From Spirochaetota bacterium (lineage in GTDB: Bacteria; Spirochaetota; UBA4802; JAFGDQ01), in the NCBI GenBank assembly GCA_043803405.1, contig JAZDKB010000009.1, positions 128,001 through 192,000 of the forward strand: DNA of 64,000 bases. Direction: 5' to 3'. Of this stretch, positions 1 through 10,881 are shown piece after piece. Made by a program: the position numbers and the translations under genes. Every line of letters starts with the position of its first letter. Within the stretch, counting starts at the first letter, position 1. The notes beneath the pieces are model-generated. The model saw only the letters and a list, made by a program, of their open reading frames with translations. It searched no databases and had not been told where the DNA came from.

Positions 1-1020
1 CAGGCCTGTCTTTACTTCTACTCTGGTAACCGGCAGACTCTTGACTGCAAGACTTTGCTTTTTCCAGAGATATTTTTTACCGGGTTCAATTGCCATGTCA
101 ACAGGTGAGACAATAAACGCCTCGCTTGGAACGCGCAAAACATTTTTTTTGCTTGCCACTTCTACAGTTGCCGTTGCGGTCATGCCAGGTTTCAGGATTA
201 ACTCCTTGTTATAGCAGGTAACAATTGCCTGGTACGAGACAAGCTGTTCTTTTTTAATCGGGTTCAGCCTGACCTGGTCGATCCGTCCTTCAAAAGTTTT
301 TTCCGGAAAAGCGCTCACAGTAAATACGACGTTCTGGTCTTTTTTAATAAAACCTATATCCGACTCGTCAACCTGTATAATGAGGCGCATTCTTGTTAAA
401 TCCTCAGCGATAACGAACAGCACTTTATTTTGCGTAATGGGAACATCCTGCTGAATATCCTTTGAAATAATCACCCCGGAACTGGGCGCAAGTATTCTGG
501 TATTATTCTTATTCCTTTTGGCGATTTCATACTCGTTCTGTATCTGTTTTAGCTGCGTCTCAATTTTTTTATACTGAAGCTCTGCCTGCTCAAGGCCTTT
601 GCTGGATATTAAACCGTCCTTAAGCATATCCTTTTTTGCGTTCAGATCCCGCTTTGCAGAGAGCAGTTCAAACGCAATAGATTCTCTGCGTGAATCTATC
701 TTTAATATTTCCTGTTCAATTTCGGTTGCATCAATCGTTGCCAAAAGCTGGCCTTTCTTTACATGCTGGTTATAATCAGCATACACATTTGTAACCAGCC
801 CGTTTATCCGGCTGAGAACTGAATGAGAATCCTGTATCTCCAGCGTGCCGGTTGTTGAAATAGTCTTTTTTACATCACCCGTATTGAGCTTCTCATAACG
901 ATACGTTAATCCCGTATCTCCGCCGCAGCTTCTAAGCAGCAAATAAGTAGCTGCCGTCATTATAACAATAATTATTATTATAATTTTTTTATTGGGTATT
1001 TTCTTTTTTACTTTGTGCAT
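1..1020 (-). CDS. Efflux RND/MacA-type periplasmic adaptor subunit (3' end outside window)
   Basis: Manual translation from ATG at 1020: MHKVKKKIPNKKIIIIIIVIMTAATYLLLRSCGGDTGLTYRYEKLNTGDVKKTISTTGTLE. N-terminal anchor plus adaptor-like start; overlaps the TolC gene by 13 nt. Confidence 0.85.
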   Translation of the reverse strand, partial: MHKVKKKIPNKKIIIIIIVIMTAATYLLLRSCGGDTGLTYRYEKLNTGDVKKTISTTGTLEIQDSHSVLSRINGLVTNVYADYNQHVKKGQLLATIDATEIEQEILKIDSRRESIAFELLSAKRDLNAKKDMLKDGLISSKGLEQAELQYKKIETQLKQIQNEYEIAKRNKNNTRILAPSSGVIISKDIQQDVPITQNKVLFVIAEDLTRMRLIIQVDESDIGFIKKDQNVVFTVSAFPEKTFEGRIDQVRLNPIKKEQLVSYQAIVTCYNKELILKPGMTATATVEVASKKNVLRVPSEAFIVSPVDMAIEPGKKYLWKKQSLAVKSLPVTRVEVKTGL

Positions 1021-2387
1021 AAGTATTCTTCGCCTAGCCCGACTGCATTTGATAGTTTTGCAAGTATAATGAGATAATCATAACCTGCTTTAATGAAACC
1101 CAGCTCGGATTTTAAAAACGTCATCTCAGCGTCCTGTAATTCAAGCTGAGTGCTTAATCCGTTTTCATAGCTTTTCTGAGCCAGTTTAAGGTGCTTTTGT
1201 GAATTATCCATCATAAGTGCAGAAAGATCAATTTGTTTTTTATATTCATCTATACTTTGGAAATAATTTCTTATTAATGTCCTTATATTTATTAATATTT
1301 CACGCTCAATATATTTCGATTTATTGTATTCCGCAATTTTAGAATCTACCCTTGCATCAATAGCCCCGCCCGACCAGAGATTTAACTTTGCACTAATGCC
1401 AAGATTAATTGCTCCTGTCCAATTCTCCCACTTCACCTTGTCTTTAAATAATTCGGGATCATTATACTGATCTTTCCACCCATAAAGAATATTAGTATTC
1501 TGCATGCCTACTGCTCCCAATAAATCGACGCTGGGATAATGCGCCGAACGCGCAATGGAAATATTTGATTGATTGATTTCTTTAGACATCTGGGAAATTT
1601 TGATATCTGGATTATTGCTTTCCGCCAGTTGATACAATTTAGTCAAGGTAAAACGCAATACCGGTAGCTTCTCAGATTTAATCGGAGAGAATTCAATATT
1701 TTCATCTATAATCCCCATGGATGCAAGTAGCTCGGTTTTTACAATATTTTCATAATTCTTTGCTTTTTCGTACTCCAGCCGTGCATCGGCAAGGTCAACT
1801 TCCGATTTAGAGACATCAAGGATTGGCCTTTGGCCATTTTTATAAAGAAGATTCGCTTTCTGAAGTTTGGAATGGAATTTTTCTACAAGCTGCTCTCTTT
1901 TCGCCCTGTTTTCCCTGGCAAATAAATATCCGAAATAATTCTTTTTAACATTTACAATAATTTCAGCTTTTGCTTTAAAGGCTTTCATTTTCGCTAGGTC
2001 AATGCCCGATCTGGCGGAATCAATTGCATCTCCTCTTTGTGGATCATATAGATTATATATAAATGTCGGACCCACAAACAGTCCTATCGATGTATCATGA
2101 CCTGGTATACTCGCAATGCCATTTTTTGGCTTAACCACTCGGTTGCGTTCATCAATAAACTGATTTTCGATTGTCTTAATTTCGAAATTAATGTTCGCCC
2201 CGTTTTTCGATTTCGCGAACGCATAGTTAGCCTGTGCAATATGGACGTCCTCATCGGAGGCTTTTATTTCGGGATGATTTTGAACCGCAATGCCAATACA
2301 TTCGTTTAGAGAAATTTTTCTAAGTTCCGAATAAAGCGGACCTGAAATAAAAAGAATAATGGATAAGATAAGTAGATATATTTTCAT
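1008..2387 (-). CDS. TolC family outer membrane efflux protein
   Basis: Signal peptide, 'ISLNECIGIAVQNHPEI', and two OEP-like helical repeats ('LAQKSYENGLSTQLELQDAE'). Confidence 0.9.
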   Translation of the reverse strand: MKIYLLILSIILFISGPLYSELRKISLNECIGIAVQNHPEIKASDEDVHIAQANYAFAKSKNGANINFEIKTIENQFIDERNRVVKPKNGIASIPGHDTSIGLFVGPTFIYNLYDPQRGDAIDSARSGIDLAKMKAFKAKAEIIVNVKKNYFGYLFARENRAKREQLVEKFHSKLQKANLLYKNGQRPILDVSKSEVDLADARLEYEKAKNYENIVKTELLASMGIIDENIEFSPIKSEKLPVLRFTLTKLYQLAESNNPDIKISQMSKEINQSNISIARSAHYPSVDLLGAVGMQNTNILYGWKDQYNDPELFKDKVKWENWTGAINLGISAKLNLWSGGAIDARVDSKIAEYNKSKYIEREILINIRTLIRNYFQSIDEYKKQIDLSALMMDNSQKHLKLAQKSYENGLSTQLELQDAEMTFLKSELGFIKAGYDYLIILAKLSNAVGLGEEYLCTK

Positions 2388-2557
2388 TGAATAAAATATT
2401 AAAATGAATAACTGTTTATGGATGTATATATTATTATCGTCATAAGATGGATATTAATATATTTTTATAGATGACTTAATATTTTTTAAAACAACTAAAA
2501 AAATCATTGACATTAGACTCAAACTTTCAGACAAGAAAAAAGCGTTTTAATGAAATT

Positions 2558-2630
2558 GCTGGCGTAGCTCAATCGGTAGAGCAGCTGATTTGTAATCAGC
2601 ATGTTGGGGGTTCAATTCCTCTCGCCAGCT
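2558..2630 (+). tRNA. tRNA-Thr(TGT)
   Basis: Acceptor GCTGGCG/CGCCAGC, anticodon arm GCTGA-TTTGTAA-TCAGC, T-loop GGTTCAATTCC. CCA not encoded. Confidence 0.95.
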
Positions 2631-2637
2631 AATCGAT

Positions 2638-2719
2638 GGTGAGGTTCCCGAGCGGCCAAAGGGAACAGACTGTAAATCTGTCGGCGATGCCTTCGGAGGT
2701 TCGAATCCTCCCCTCACCA
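2638..2719 (+). tRNA. tRNA-Tyr(GTA)
   Basis: Acceptor GGTGAGG/CCTCACC, anticodon arm ACAGA-CTGTAAA-TCTGT, long variable arm, GGTTCGAATCC. Confidence 0.95.
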
Positions 2720-2743
2720 AAAAAAGTTATATATTTACAATGT

Positions 2744-2776
2744 CAACACCGCCTGTCAAAAGGCGGTGTTGCTGTT
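2744..2776. terminator. Intrinsic terminator hairpin between the tRNA pair and a convergent gene
   Basis: Perfect 11-bp stem CAACACCGCCT-gtcaaa-AGGCGGTGTTG. Confidence 0.7.
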
Positions 2777-2827
2777 TCCGGTTCTTATATCAATTTTTCT
2801 GTTGAAAGAACTTAATCAACTGCTTAA

Positions 2828-3052
2828 TTATTTTGCTGCCTGCTCATTTAATTCTTTAAGCATTTTCGTCAGCATTTTATCGTCGAAACCGTGAGCATGT
2901 GCTCCTTCTTCTATTGTTTCGCTTGTTGAAATATGACATCCGATACAATGCAAACCATAACCCGCCATTATTGGTGCGGATTTAGGAAAATTTTTCATTA
3001 CCTCGCCGAAAGTCATATTTTTATTAATCTTGTCCGGCATACGTTTTAACAT
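2828..3052 (-). CDS. DUF1858 / hybrid-cluster-associated redox disulfide domain protein
   Basis: 'INKNMTFGEVMKNFP...GLHCIGCHISTSETIEEGAHAHG' CxxC signature; true start may be the second Met. Confidence 0.85.
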   Translation of the reverse strand: MLKRMPDKINKNMTFGEVMKNFPKSAPIMAGYGLHCIGCHISTSETIEEGAHAHGFDDKMLTKMLKELNEQAAK

Positions 3053-3167
3053 CCTCCATAATATATTATTATATATAGTAATTTCAATTCGGATCGATGT
3101 CCACTACTTTTTAAAGATCAGCAAAAGCAGTCTCGATGCGAACAGAAATGAATTCAAAAATCCGGGA

Positions 3168-3437
3168 TCAGTTCTGAAAACCGCAATCCCCTCCGTACCT
3201 GTGCATTCCGCAAGTGCCGGAAGCGCAGCATGATCCTGCCTGAGCGCACGATGGCATTTCCACCGAAGCTCCGCCGCCTTTCATAATGAATCCGCTTCCG
3301 CCGGTGATCAATCTTTTAACCCCTGCGCCGCATTTAGGGCATTTATCTACCGGATTTTCTGTCATCCCGTGGAATACTTCAAATCTATTATTGCATGATG
3401 AACAATGATATTCGTATGTTGGCATAAAAAACCTCAA
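3168..3437 (-). CDS. FmdB family zinc-ribbon protein
   Basis: 'MPTYEYHCSSC...CPKCG...GGSGFIMKG'. Confidence 0.9.
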   Translation of the reverse strand: MRFFMPTYEYHCSSCNNRFEVFHGMTENPVDKCPKCGAGVKRLITGGSGFIMKGGGASVEMPSCAQAGSCCASGTCGMHRYGGDCGFQN

Positions 3438-3582
3438 TCCTGTTAAAATTTATTATAAAAACTGTGTTTAATAAAAAATACTAATTATCATATTGACAAG
3501 TCAAGTATTTAAACTAATAATCTATTGACATTTTATAAAAGTTCAATAAGTTTATTAAATTAAGTTAACATACGGAACAATA

Positions 3583-4488
3583 ATGCATATTGACGATAAA
3601 AATAACGACATTAATCTGGATTCATTCTCAGATGATGATCTGAATTTTGAAAATCTTTTTGAGGAACCGGAAGCCTCACTAAAATCATCCGAAAAAAAAC
3701 CTGTTCACAAAACAAAACCTGCTTCTGAAAAAAAACCGCAAAATAAAATCAGCTCTTTCGAAGACTTCACTGCATCTGAACCTGCGAAAAAAAAGCGCAC
3801 AATAAGCGATTTTGAACCGGATATGGACGCGCTGTTAATGACCGCGCAATCATCAATGATTATTGAAGGCATGGAACATTACAGCAATAAAGATTTCTCT
3901 TCAGAAGCGCTTCAAGTATATATCGAAGCATTTAAAGGAGTGGATCTTTATATAAAAATATTAAACAGGAATCCCAATAACTACCGCAAGCTTAAAAAAC
4001 TGATCGATTCAGATACGGATTGCCAGCAGGTGGAAAAATTCGCATTTGAATTATATAAGGAACAATGCGGGTCTACCCCAAATACAGATAAGGAAAAATT
4101 GGAAGCTTTTGAATTATTCAAACAGATATTCAAACAATCCATCAATAAATCAAGCATAAGCAAATCGATGAAATTATTAAGAAAATATTTTCTGTTATCC
4201 GGCGGACTTGATACAGAAAAGATTCAGGAACTGATAAACAGCGGCAGCCTTGAATTAAAAAGAGAGATTAACTATTTTCACCAGCATCTGCACGTCGCTC
4301 TTGATATGCTAAAAAAAGGCGACAGCGAAATCGTAAGAGGGCTCAAGGGAAGAGACTTGAATGTATTTATTACAAAAAGCTCTGAGCTGCTGGGACATTA
4401 TTATAAAACACAGGATAATATAAAAATTTCGGATTATTATTTCAGGATATATACTATTTATAAAAAATATTTTATAATTAAACAATAA
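3583..4488 (+). CDS. Hypothetical protein (acidic disordered N-terminus, helical C-terminus)
   Basis: 301-aa ORF filling the gap between convergent and divergent genes; no recognised motif. Confidence 0.75.
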   Translation: MHIDDKNNDINLDSFSDDDLNFENLFEEPEASLKSSEKKPVHKTKPASEKKPQNKISSFEDFTASEPAKKKRTISDFEPDMDALLMTAQSSMIIEGMEHYSNKDFSSEALQVYIEAFKGVDLYIKILNRNPNNYRKLKKLIDSDTDCQQVEKFAFELYKEQCGSTPNTDKEKLEAFELFKQIFKQSINKSSISKSMKLLRKYFLLSGGLDTEKIQELINSGSLELKREINYFHQHLHVALDMLKKGDSEIVRGLKGRDLNVFITKSSELLGHYYKTQDNIKISDYYFRIYTIYKKYFIIKQ

Positions 4489-4515
4489 AATTCCCGGGGG
4501 CAAGCCTCTGTGAGC

Positions 4516-5670
4516 TTATAAAAACATCTCTGTCATCTCATAAATTAATCCATCCATTTGAAAAAAGCCCTGTCTGCTAAATTTGACTTTCATATCATTA
4601 TCAAATTCTTCGATTTCCAGCAGATTCTTTTTTTGCAAATCAATGAATTTGCTCATTAACTCTTTGCTTAACCCGATTCCGAGTTTTGATTCAAAGTCCT
4701 TGACCGATATTCCTTCAGCAAGGCGCATTCCCGATAGAATATATTCCACAATCTCGGAATTTTTTGTTCTTTTATCCTTTTCCCTTATATTGCCATTCAT
4801 CTTAATATATTCTTCTATCGAAGCCGGATTATAAAAACGCTCATTATTATAAAAAGAGTGGGCGCCTGCGCCGAATCCGGCATACGGCATGAATTTCCAG
4901 TATTTTAAATTATGTTTTGATTCAAAATCCGGTAAAGCATAATTGGAAACCTCGTAATGGTTGTAGCCGGCATTTGTAAAAAAATCCATTGTCCTTTCCA
5001 AAAAAATTCTTTGCATATTGTTAAGGTTCTTAACCTGCAAACCGCTTTTCGCCAATGGTGTTCCGGCATCTATGCTAAGGGTGTACGCCGAAACATGCTC
5101 TATCCCATAACCGACAATTTTTTTTAGTTCTTCCCGCAAGTCACGTTCCGATTGGCCGGGAATGCCGATTATAATATCAACGCAATATACGATATCCGGA
5201 AAACTTATAAACTCCGAAAGCATCTTATCATTGCACAGACATGCGGATCTACCAAGAATACTATGCAATCTTTTATTAAATGTCTGCACACCAAGCACAA
5301 CCCTGTTTATTCCAACGGATTTATATTCTCCGATTTTATTTACAGAAAAGTCATCCGGGTTACATTCTATTGTAATTTCTAATTTTTCGTCTTTAAGTTT
5401 TAAACTTTTCTTTATCTGCGAAAATATTTTATTAAGCTGGATGGAAGTAAGAAGAGACGGAGATCCGCCTCCTAAATAAATCGTATCTATTTCAAAATCC
5501 CTTAGTTCAGTACTTCTTTTTTCAATCTCGCTTAAAAGCGCTTTTAAATATTTATTTATTATTCCGGTTTCATCATTTCTGTCGTTTTCATCAACAGGAA
5601 CCGAGTAAAATGAGCAGTAAGAACATTTTCTTCTGCAGAATGGAAAGTGAATATACAACCCTAAATTCAT
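4516..5670 (-). CDS. hemW: Radical SAM heme chaperone HemW (HemN-like)
   Basis: 'LYIHFPFCRRKCSYCSF' CxxxCxxC; 'YEVSNYA...SKHNLKYW'. Confidence 0.9.
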   Translation of the reverse strand: MNLGLYIHFPFCRRKCSYCSFYSVPVDENDRNDETGIINKYLKALLSEIEKRSTELRDFEIDTIYLGGGSPSLLTSIQLNKIFSQIKKSLKLKDEKLEITIECNPDDFSVNKIGEYKSVGINRVVLGVQTFNKRLHSILGRSACLCNDKMLSEFISFPDIVYCVDIIIGIPGQSERDLREELKKIVGYGIEHVSAYTLSIDAGTPLAKSGLQVKNLNNMQRIFLERTMDFFTNAGYNHYEVSNYALPDFESKHNLKYWKFMPYAGFGAGAHSFYNNERFYNPASIEEYIKMNGNIREKDKRTKNSEIVEYILSGMRLAEGISVKDFESKLGIGLSKELMSKFIDLQKKNLLEIEEFDNDMKVKFSRQGFFQMDGLIYEMTEMFL

Positions 5671-7364
5671 TATTTTTTATCCGGCATTCCCATGTTTACA
5701 TTTATACTTTTCTTAGGTTCAAATCCGCCGTTTAAACATAAAACAAGCTGCTTAATGGATTCATGCGTACTGGAGAATGTGAAAAACACAGGGGGTAATC
5801 CTTTAATTGAACCCAGTGGGAACGGATTGCCTGTGCATAAAAAATACAACTTAATCTGATTTTCTTTGCATACATTTATAATTTTATTAATTGAATTATT
5901 ATCTATTCTATCAAATTGATAATAAGCAATAGTGTTTTTTAAAGATTTCTTTTCTTTGTTTTGTAACGCACTTTTTAATGTTTGATTAATAAAATCATTT
6001 TCTGTTTTAAATAATTTAATACTTTTTTTTAAGTCCTTATCAGCTAAAGAGCCGACTTCGGTTATAAAAAAACTATTTGATGAAATAAATATTTTTGAAA
6101 ATTCATTATTAATAAAATCTTCTTTTCTATAGTTCGAACCGGAATAAAAATATATAGATTCTCTCGATACCTTCCTGTTCAGCTCTTCGGATTTCGTTAA
6201 AATCTCCGCTTCTTCTTTAGTATAATTATAATCTTCGTATTTACTTTTTCCTTCCTCATCATTCATTATTCCAAACCGCAATTTTGTTTTAATGATTCTC
6301 TCGACCGATTCGTTTATTCGATCAACAGGGATTATCCCATCAGCAACAGCTTTGTTAAGAGCTCCCGAAATTATTTCAATACTGTTACCGTAGGTGCTTA
6401 CTAAAACGATATCAGTACCTGCAATTACAGATTTCACTGCAGCATCTCCCAAATCCATAATTTTTGAAACCGCATTCATTTCCATGTCATCTGTTATAAC
6501 TATTCCTTTAAAATGCATTTTATTGCGTAAAATATCCGTCAGGAATTCTTTTGAAATTGTAGCAGGCAGATTATTTTTTAAAATCTCAGGGAAAGATATA
6601 TGAGCGGTCATAACTCCTTCTACGTTGTTATCTATAGCGCGAACAAAAGGTGGAAACTCGACCTTATGAAGTCTTTCAATATTATGATGAATTACGGGCA
6701 AAGTCAAATGCGAGTCTTTATCAGTATCGCCATGGCCGGGGAAATGTTTACATACTGCAATGCATTTTGATTTTTGCAGTCCTTTAATATAGGCTGCACC
6801 TAGCCTGGAAACGATGTCAGAATCTGAACCAAAAGATCTGGTGTTTATTACCGGATTTAAAGAATTATTATTTACATCAATCGCAGGCGCAAGGTTCATA
6901 TTTATTCCTATCATTCTGAGTTCCATTCCGGTAATCCTTGCACTGTCATAAACGAGTGATTCGTTATCTGCTACTCCAAAGGCCATATTACCCGGGAACT
7001 GGGTTACCCCGCTCGTAATGCGCCTTACTCTTCCTCCTTCCTGATCTATTGAAATAAACATAGGTATCCTGTAGTTGGATATTGCCGTTTGCTGCATTTC
7101 TTTTATATATTGCCTGGTATCTTCCGTGCTTCCGATATTATAACCGAATAAAATAATTCCTCCCGGATAATAATTAGTAATGATAGCTGTTGTTTCTTTG
7201 CAGATTTTGTTATCCGGAACTCCCAGCATAAGCATTTGTCCTATTTTCTCCTGCGTGCTCATTTTGCCGACCGCCTGGCCGGCTTTGTAATTTATTCTTG
7301 TTTCACAGCAAAGTAAGACAAATAGCAGAATAATCATTGATGAAATATTATATTTTGCCGGCAT
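5670..7364 (-). CDS. nagZ: GH3 beta-N-acetylhexosaminidase
   Basis: 'IDQEGGRV', 'KHFPGHGDTDKDSH', 'ITDDMEM'. Confidence 0.9.
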   Translation of the reverse strand: MPAKYNISSMIILLFVLLCCETRINYKAGQAVGKMSTQEKIGQMLMLGVPDNKICKETTAIITNYYPGGIILFGYNIGSTEDTRQYIKEMQQTAISNYRIPMFISIDQEGGRVRRITSGVTQFPGNMAFGVADNESLVYDSARITGMELRMIGINMNLAPAIDVNNNSLNPVINTRSFGSDSDIVSRLGAAYIKGLQKSKCIAVCKHFPGHGDTDKDSHLTLPVIHHNIERLHKVEFPPFVRAIDNNVEGVMTAHISFPEILKNNLPATISKEFLTDILRNKMHFKGIVITDDMEMNAVSKIMDLGDAAVKSVIAGTDIVLVSTYGNSIEIISGALNKAVADGIIPVDRINESVERIIKTKLRFGIMNDEEGKSKYEDYNYTKEEAEILTKSEELNRKVSRESIYFYSGSNYRKEDFINNEFSKIFISSNSFFITEVGSLADKDLKKSIKLFKTENDFINQTLKSALQNKEKKSLKNTIAYYQFDRIDNNSINKIINVCKENQIKLYFLCTGNPFPLGSIKGLPPVFFTFSSTHESIKQLVLCLNGGFEPKKSINVNMGMPDKK

Positions 7365-7507
7365 TAAAATACTCCTTGGAATTTATAGCTCAGAATAAAC
7401 AAAATATAGATCGATAATTAGTGTATTCAAGAATAAAATATATAATTGAATTTTTTTAAATCGTTTTTTAAACATGATGTTTTTAACATATATAACAGGA
7501 GAAAACA

Positions 7508-8254
7508 ATGAGCCTTAAAAAAGCAAAGGCAGCTTATTTAAATGCTGATTTCTTAACATCCAGAGAAGCCAGAACAATCAGAATAACATCTGAATATCTT
7601 GAACCCGAAAAACGATTTGAAGAAATGAATATATTCCACACTGTTGTTTTTTTCGGCTCAGCCAGAACAAAAGATAACAAGGAAAGCAAATCTTACTGGG
7701 CTGCTGAAAATTTCGCATATAAGCTTGCAGAATGGTCAAAAGAACTGGAAAAGAATGGCGAAGGTTTCTATATTATGACAGGAGGCGGACCCGGCATTAT
7801 GGAAGCTGCGAACAGGGGCGCAAACAGGGCGGGAGCAAAGACAATAGGTTTGAACATATCAATTCCTTTTGAACAGCAGCCAAATAAATATATATCGCCG
7901 GAATTAAATTTCGAATTCCATTATTTTTTTATGAGAAAACTCTGGTTTTTATATCATGCGAAAGCTCTTATAGTTTTTCCAGGCGGGTTCGGGACCCTGG
8001 ATGAACTATTTGAAACACTCACCCTGTTACAAACCAGAAAAATTGAAAAGGGCAACATACCTATCCTGCTTTACGACCGTGAATTCTGGGAAGGATTAAT
8101 TAATTTCCGGAAACTTGTAGATGAAGATCTCATATCGTCTGAAGATCTTAATTTATTTCATTTTTTTGATGATCTGGACGAAGGCTTCAATTTTCTTAAG
8201 CCGAGGCTGGAAAAGTTTATAAATAAAGTAAATCACGGATTAATTAAAGTTTAA
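7508..8254 (+). CDS. LOG family (TIGR00730-like) nucleotide phosphoribohydrolase
   Basis: 'FFGSAR', 'TGGGPGIMEAANRGA', 'FPGGFGTLDELFE'. Confidence 0.9.
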   Translation: MSLKKAKAAYLNADFLTSREARTIRITSEYLEPEKRFEEMNIFHTVVFFGSARTKDNKESKSYWAAENFAYKLAEWSKELEKNGEGFYIMTGGGPGIMEAANRGANRAGAKTIGLNISIPFEQQPNKYISPELNFEFHYFFMRKLWFLYHAKALIVFPGGFGTLDELFETLTLLQTRKIEKGNIPILLYDREFWEGLINFRKLVDEDLISSEDLNLFHFFDDLDEGFNFLKPRLEKFINKVNHGLIKV

Positions 8255-8462
8255 ATAAAAAATTATTTTATTTTATGCTGTTAATAGTTATTTGAACTCA
8301 TCTCAATAATGGCCGGTACTTTGAAAATTTGATAGAATTATAAAGATTTTATCATTGATTTTTTTTTATTATTTTATATCCTGTTAAAAGCCATATCCTA
8401 TAAAGCGTTTAATTATTATATCCGGACCTTTTCAAATAAAATATGTTTTCAGGAAGAAAAGC

Positions 8463-9098
8463 ATGAAAAACAATGTATTGAAACTCTGTATTATCCTGTT
8501 ATTTTTCTATATATCACCATCAAGCTCTTTCGGCGCAGTACAATACGGTAAATACATCAATAATACGTACAATTATGAAATAATAATACCGTTGTCATGG
8601 CAAAAGAAGGAATCAACAATCCAGAATAAACATGTAATGTATGCCTCGATAAACCCGAATACCGGGATCAAGGTAAGGGCATTTAAGTCATCAGACGAGG
8701 ATATTGAGAAAATAGTCCATTCCGAAACATGGGACCTGCGGAAAATAGATCCGAAATTAAGCAAAATTATCGAAACGGAAAAAATTACAGTAAAAAAGAA
8801 TATTACCGGAAAGTTATTAATATTTGAATATAGATCGAAAAAGAATGATATTTTACAAAGGACACTGATAACTTTAAACAATAAAATAATTTACATTGTC
8901 GAATGCAAATCGCCGCGATTTAATTTCAGTAAATATGAAGATATTTTCACTACTGCACTGGCAAGTTTTAAATACATTCAGGCCGGTGCCGGACAGGACG
9001 CAGCCATAAAGGATGAACCCCCTAAAGAGGAAATCATTAAAGAAAAACCGAAAGAACAACCGCAGGAAGAACTTATTGAAGAGGACGAAAAGCTTTAA
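8463..9098 (+). CDS. Exported hypothetical protein (possible PsbP/Mog1-like fold)
   Basis: Signal peptide; 'YNYEIIIPLSW' and 'F...LASFK' pattern; acidic tail. Confidence 0.6.
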   Translation: MKNNVLKLCIILLFFYISPSSSFGAVQYGKYINNTYNYEIIIPLSWQKKESTIQNKHVMYASINPNTGIKVRAFKSSDEDIEKIVHSETWDLRKIDPKLSKIIETEKITVKKNITGKLLIFEYRSKKNDILQRTLITLNNKIIYIVECKSPRFNFSKYEDIFTTALASFKYIQAGAGQDAAIKDEPPKEEIIKEKPKEQPQEELIEEDEKL

Positions 9099-9105
9099 AA
9101 CTGAT

Positions 9106-9191
9106 TGCCCAAGGCCGGACTTGAACCGGCACGGATGTTAAGGTCCGAGGGATTTTAAGTCCCTTGTGTCTACCAATTCCACCACTTGGGC
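9106..9191 (-). tRNA. tRNA-Leu(TAA)
   Basis: Reverse complement GCCCAAGTGGTGGAATTGGTAGACACAAGGGACTTAAAATCCC...GGTTCAAGTCCGGCCTTGGGCA. Confidence 0.95.
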
Positions 9192-9202
9192 ATGGTTAAA
9201 AT

Positions 9203-9274
9203 AGGCGCCGAGCGGATTTGAACCGCTGCATAAAGGTTTTGCAGACCTCTCCCTTGCCACTTGGGTACGGCGCC
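9203..9274 (-). tRNA. tRNA-Cys(GCA)
   Basis: Reverse complement GGCGCCGTACCCAAGTGGCAAGGGAGAGGTCTGCAAAACC...GGTTCAAATCCGCTCGGCGCCT. Confidence 0.95.
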
Positions 9275-9380
9275 ATTGACAAATACATCACCTAAATACA
9301 AACATCTATCTAATACACAAATCTTTTGTCAATCAAAAAAGCCGAATGTTAAATACCTGCATTTTAGTGCTCCGGTTATT

Positions 9381-9791
9381 TTAAAAATTAATAAATTTCG
9401 CATCTCCCCATAACCGTTCCAGCTGATAATATTCCCTGAGATCCTTTGTGAATATATGTATTACTATTTCATAATAATCAAGCGCTATCCATCCGCTATC
9501 CAGTCTTGGATTAGGCACCCCCTGAAAACTTATGTTCTTAAAATATTTCTGAACTTCTTTTGCGAGAGCGCCGCAATGAATATGCGAATTGCCTGTACAA
9601 ATAATAAAATAATCGAAATAACTGTTTATTTTTCTTAAATCCATGAGAAGTATATCTTTTGCTTTCTTCTCATCAAGAAGAGCTGCACAGTTTTTTGCTG
9701 TCTCAAGAATTTTACTTTCCGGTATATTTTTTTTTAACACTTCATGCAATCCTGATGATCTATTTCTGTTATTTATATTTCGCAAGGTCAC
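9381..9791 (-). CDS. rsfS: Ribosome silencing factor
   Basis: 'DEKKAKDILLMDL...FDYFIICTGNS...WIALDY..IVIHIF...REYYQLERLWGDA'; real start probably a little downstream. Confidence 0.9.
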   Translation of the reverse strand: MTLRNINNRNRSSGLHEVLKKNIPESKILETAKNCAALLDEKKAKDILLMDLRKINSYFDYFIICTGNSHIHCGALAKEVQKYFKNISFQGVPNPRLDSGWIALDYYEIVIHIFTKDLREYYQLERLWGDAKFINF

Positions 9792-10881
9792 TGCCGATTA
9801 TTATAAGCACATTAGTAAGCTGACTGCTGTCTACAATATGATAAATATTTGTGACCCCCAGAAGGTCGGCGACTTTTTTTACAGGCCCAATTTCTCCTCT
9901 TCTATTTATAATTACCGTCTTTTCAAATGCCGGGTAAGGAGCAGTGCCGAACTCAAGGACATTAAATCCCTGGGTCACAAATTTATACCTAATTTTTCTG
10001 GCAAGTCCTGCAACATCGGTACCGTTTAATATTTTTACTTTAACCTGCTGCTCGGACTCATCATCTACAACAAGTTTTCTTAAAAATTCTTTGGAATATA
10101 TTTTATAAGCGATCTCATCTATAGCGTAAAAGCCGTCTTTTCCCGAAAAACCGGGTAATACAGTACATATTAAATCAGAATTCTTTTTTCTTAATAATTT
10201 TGTAAGTGATAAAATTTCCTGTGGAAGTAAATTAGTTTTTACTGTTTTTATAATTTCAGAAATAAACTCAATATTAAAAAATTTTTCATATTTTTCTTTA
10301 TTGTAAAACAATGTTAACAAAATATTCTGTATCCGATCGTATTTTTTATAAATTGAATTCTCTTCCACTGAATTTATATATTGATTTACTTTATCACCAT
10401 TAAAATAATTAAGGCCGAAATTTATTCCGTGAATATTCATCCCGTCCAGCACATAAAGTTCGATTCCGTTGATAAGATCAATAAATCTTTCAACATCAGG
10501 CGAATACAGAACAACATAAAACGGAATATTTATTTTTAAATCACGCCCTAAAGATTTGCTTAAATCATTAAAATCATTAATATTAATTTCGCTGATTTTA
10601 TTAAAATTTTTACCTTTTCCGTTAAAGTCTACTCTGTATTCAGGAGGTATAAACGTTATTCCGATTTTACTTTTTTCCGGGTTAATGCTTAATATGGCGT
10701 AAAAGATATGCTTGTTTTTTTTATAAACATTGCTTCCTGCAATAAGTATATTAATCATTTTCCTGCTTTCAACAAAGTTATCAACAGCATTTCTGGTGTT
10801 TTTTTTATAAAATAAAAATATGAACAGAAAAATGACTATTGCAGCTAAAGATATGCTGATAATGGCAATCTTATTTTTCAA
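9769..10881 (-). CDS. LCP family protein with LytR C-terminal domain
   Basis: N-terminal TM; C-terminal 'VKILNGTDVAGLARK...VLIIIGSD'. Confidence 0.8.
   Translation of the reverse strand: MKNKIAIISISLAAIVIFLFIFLFYKKNTRNAVDNFVESRKMINILIAGSNVYKKNKHIFYAILSINPEKSKIGITFIPPEYRVDFNGKGKNFNKISEININDFNDLSKSLGRDLKINIPFYVVLYSPDVERFIDLINGIELYVLDGMNIHGINFGLNYFNGDKVNQYINSVEENSIYKKYDRIQNILLTLFYNKEKYEKFFNIEFISEIIKTVKTNLLPQEILSLTKLLRKKNSDLICTVLPGFSGKDGFYAIDEIAYKIYSKEFLRKLVVDDESEQQVKVKILNGTDVAGLARKIRYKFVTQGFNVLEFGTAPYPAFEKTVIINRRGEIGPVKKVADLLGVTNIYHIVDSSQLTNVLIIIGSDLAKYK

Noticed and set aside
9106..9274. tRNA genes as island integration sites
   Set aside because: Flanks are housekeeping genes, and no duplicated tRNA 3' ends were noticed for either tRNA pair.
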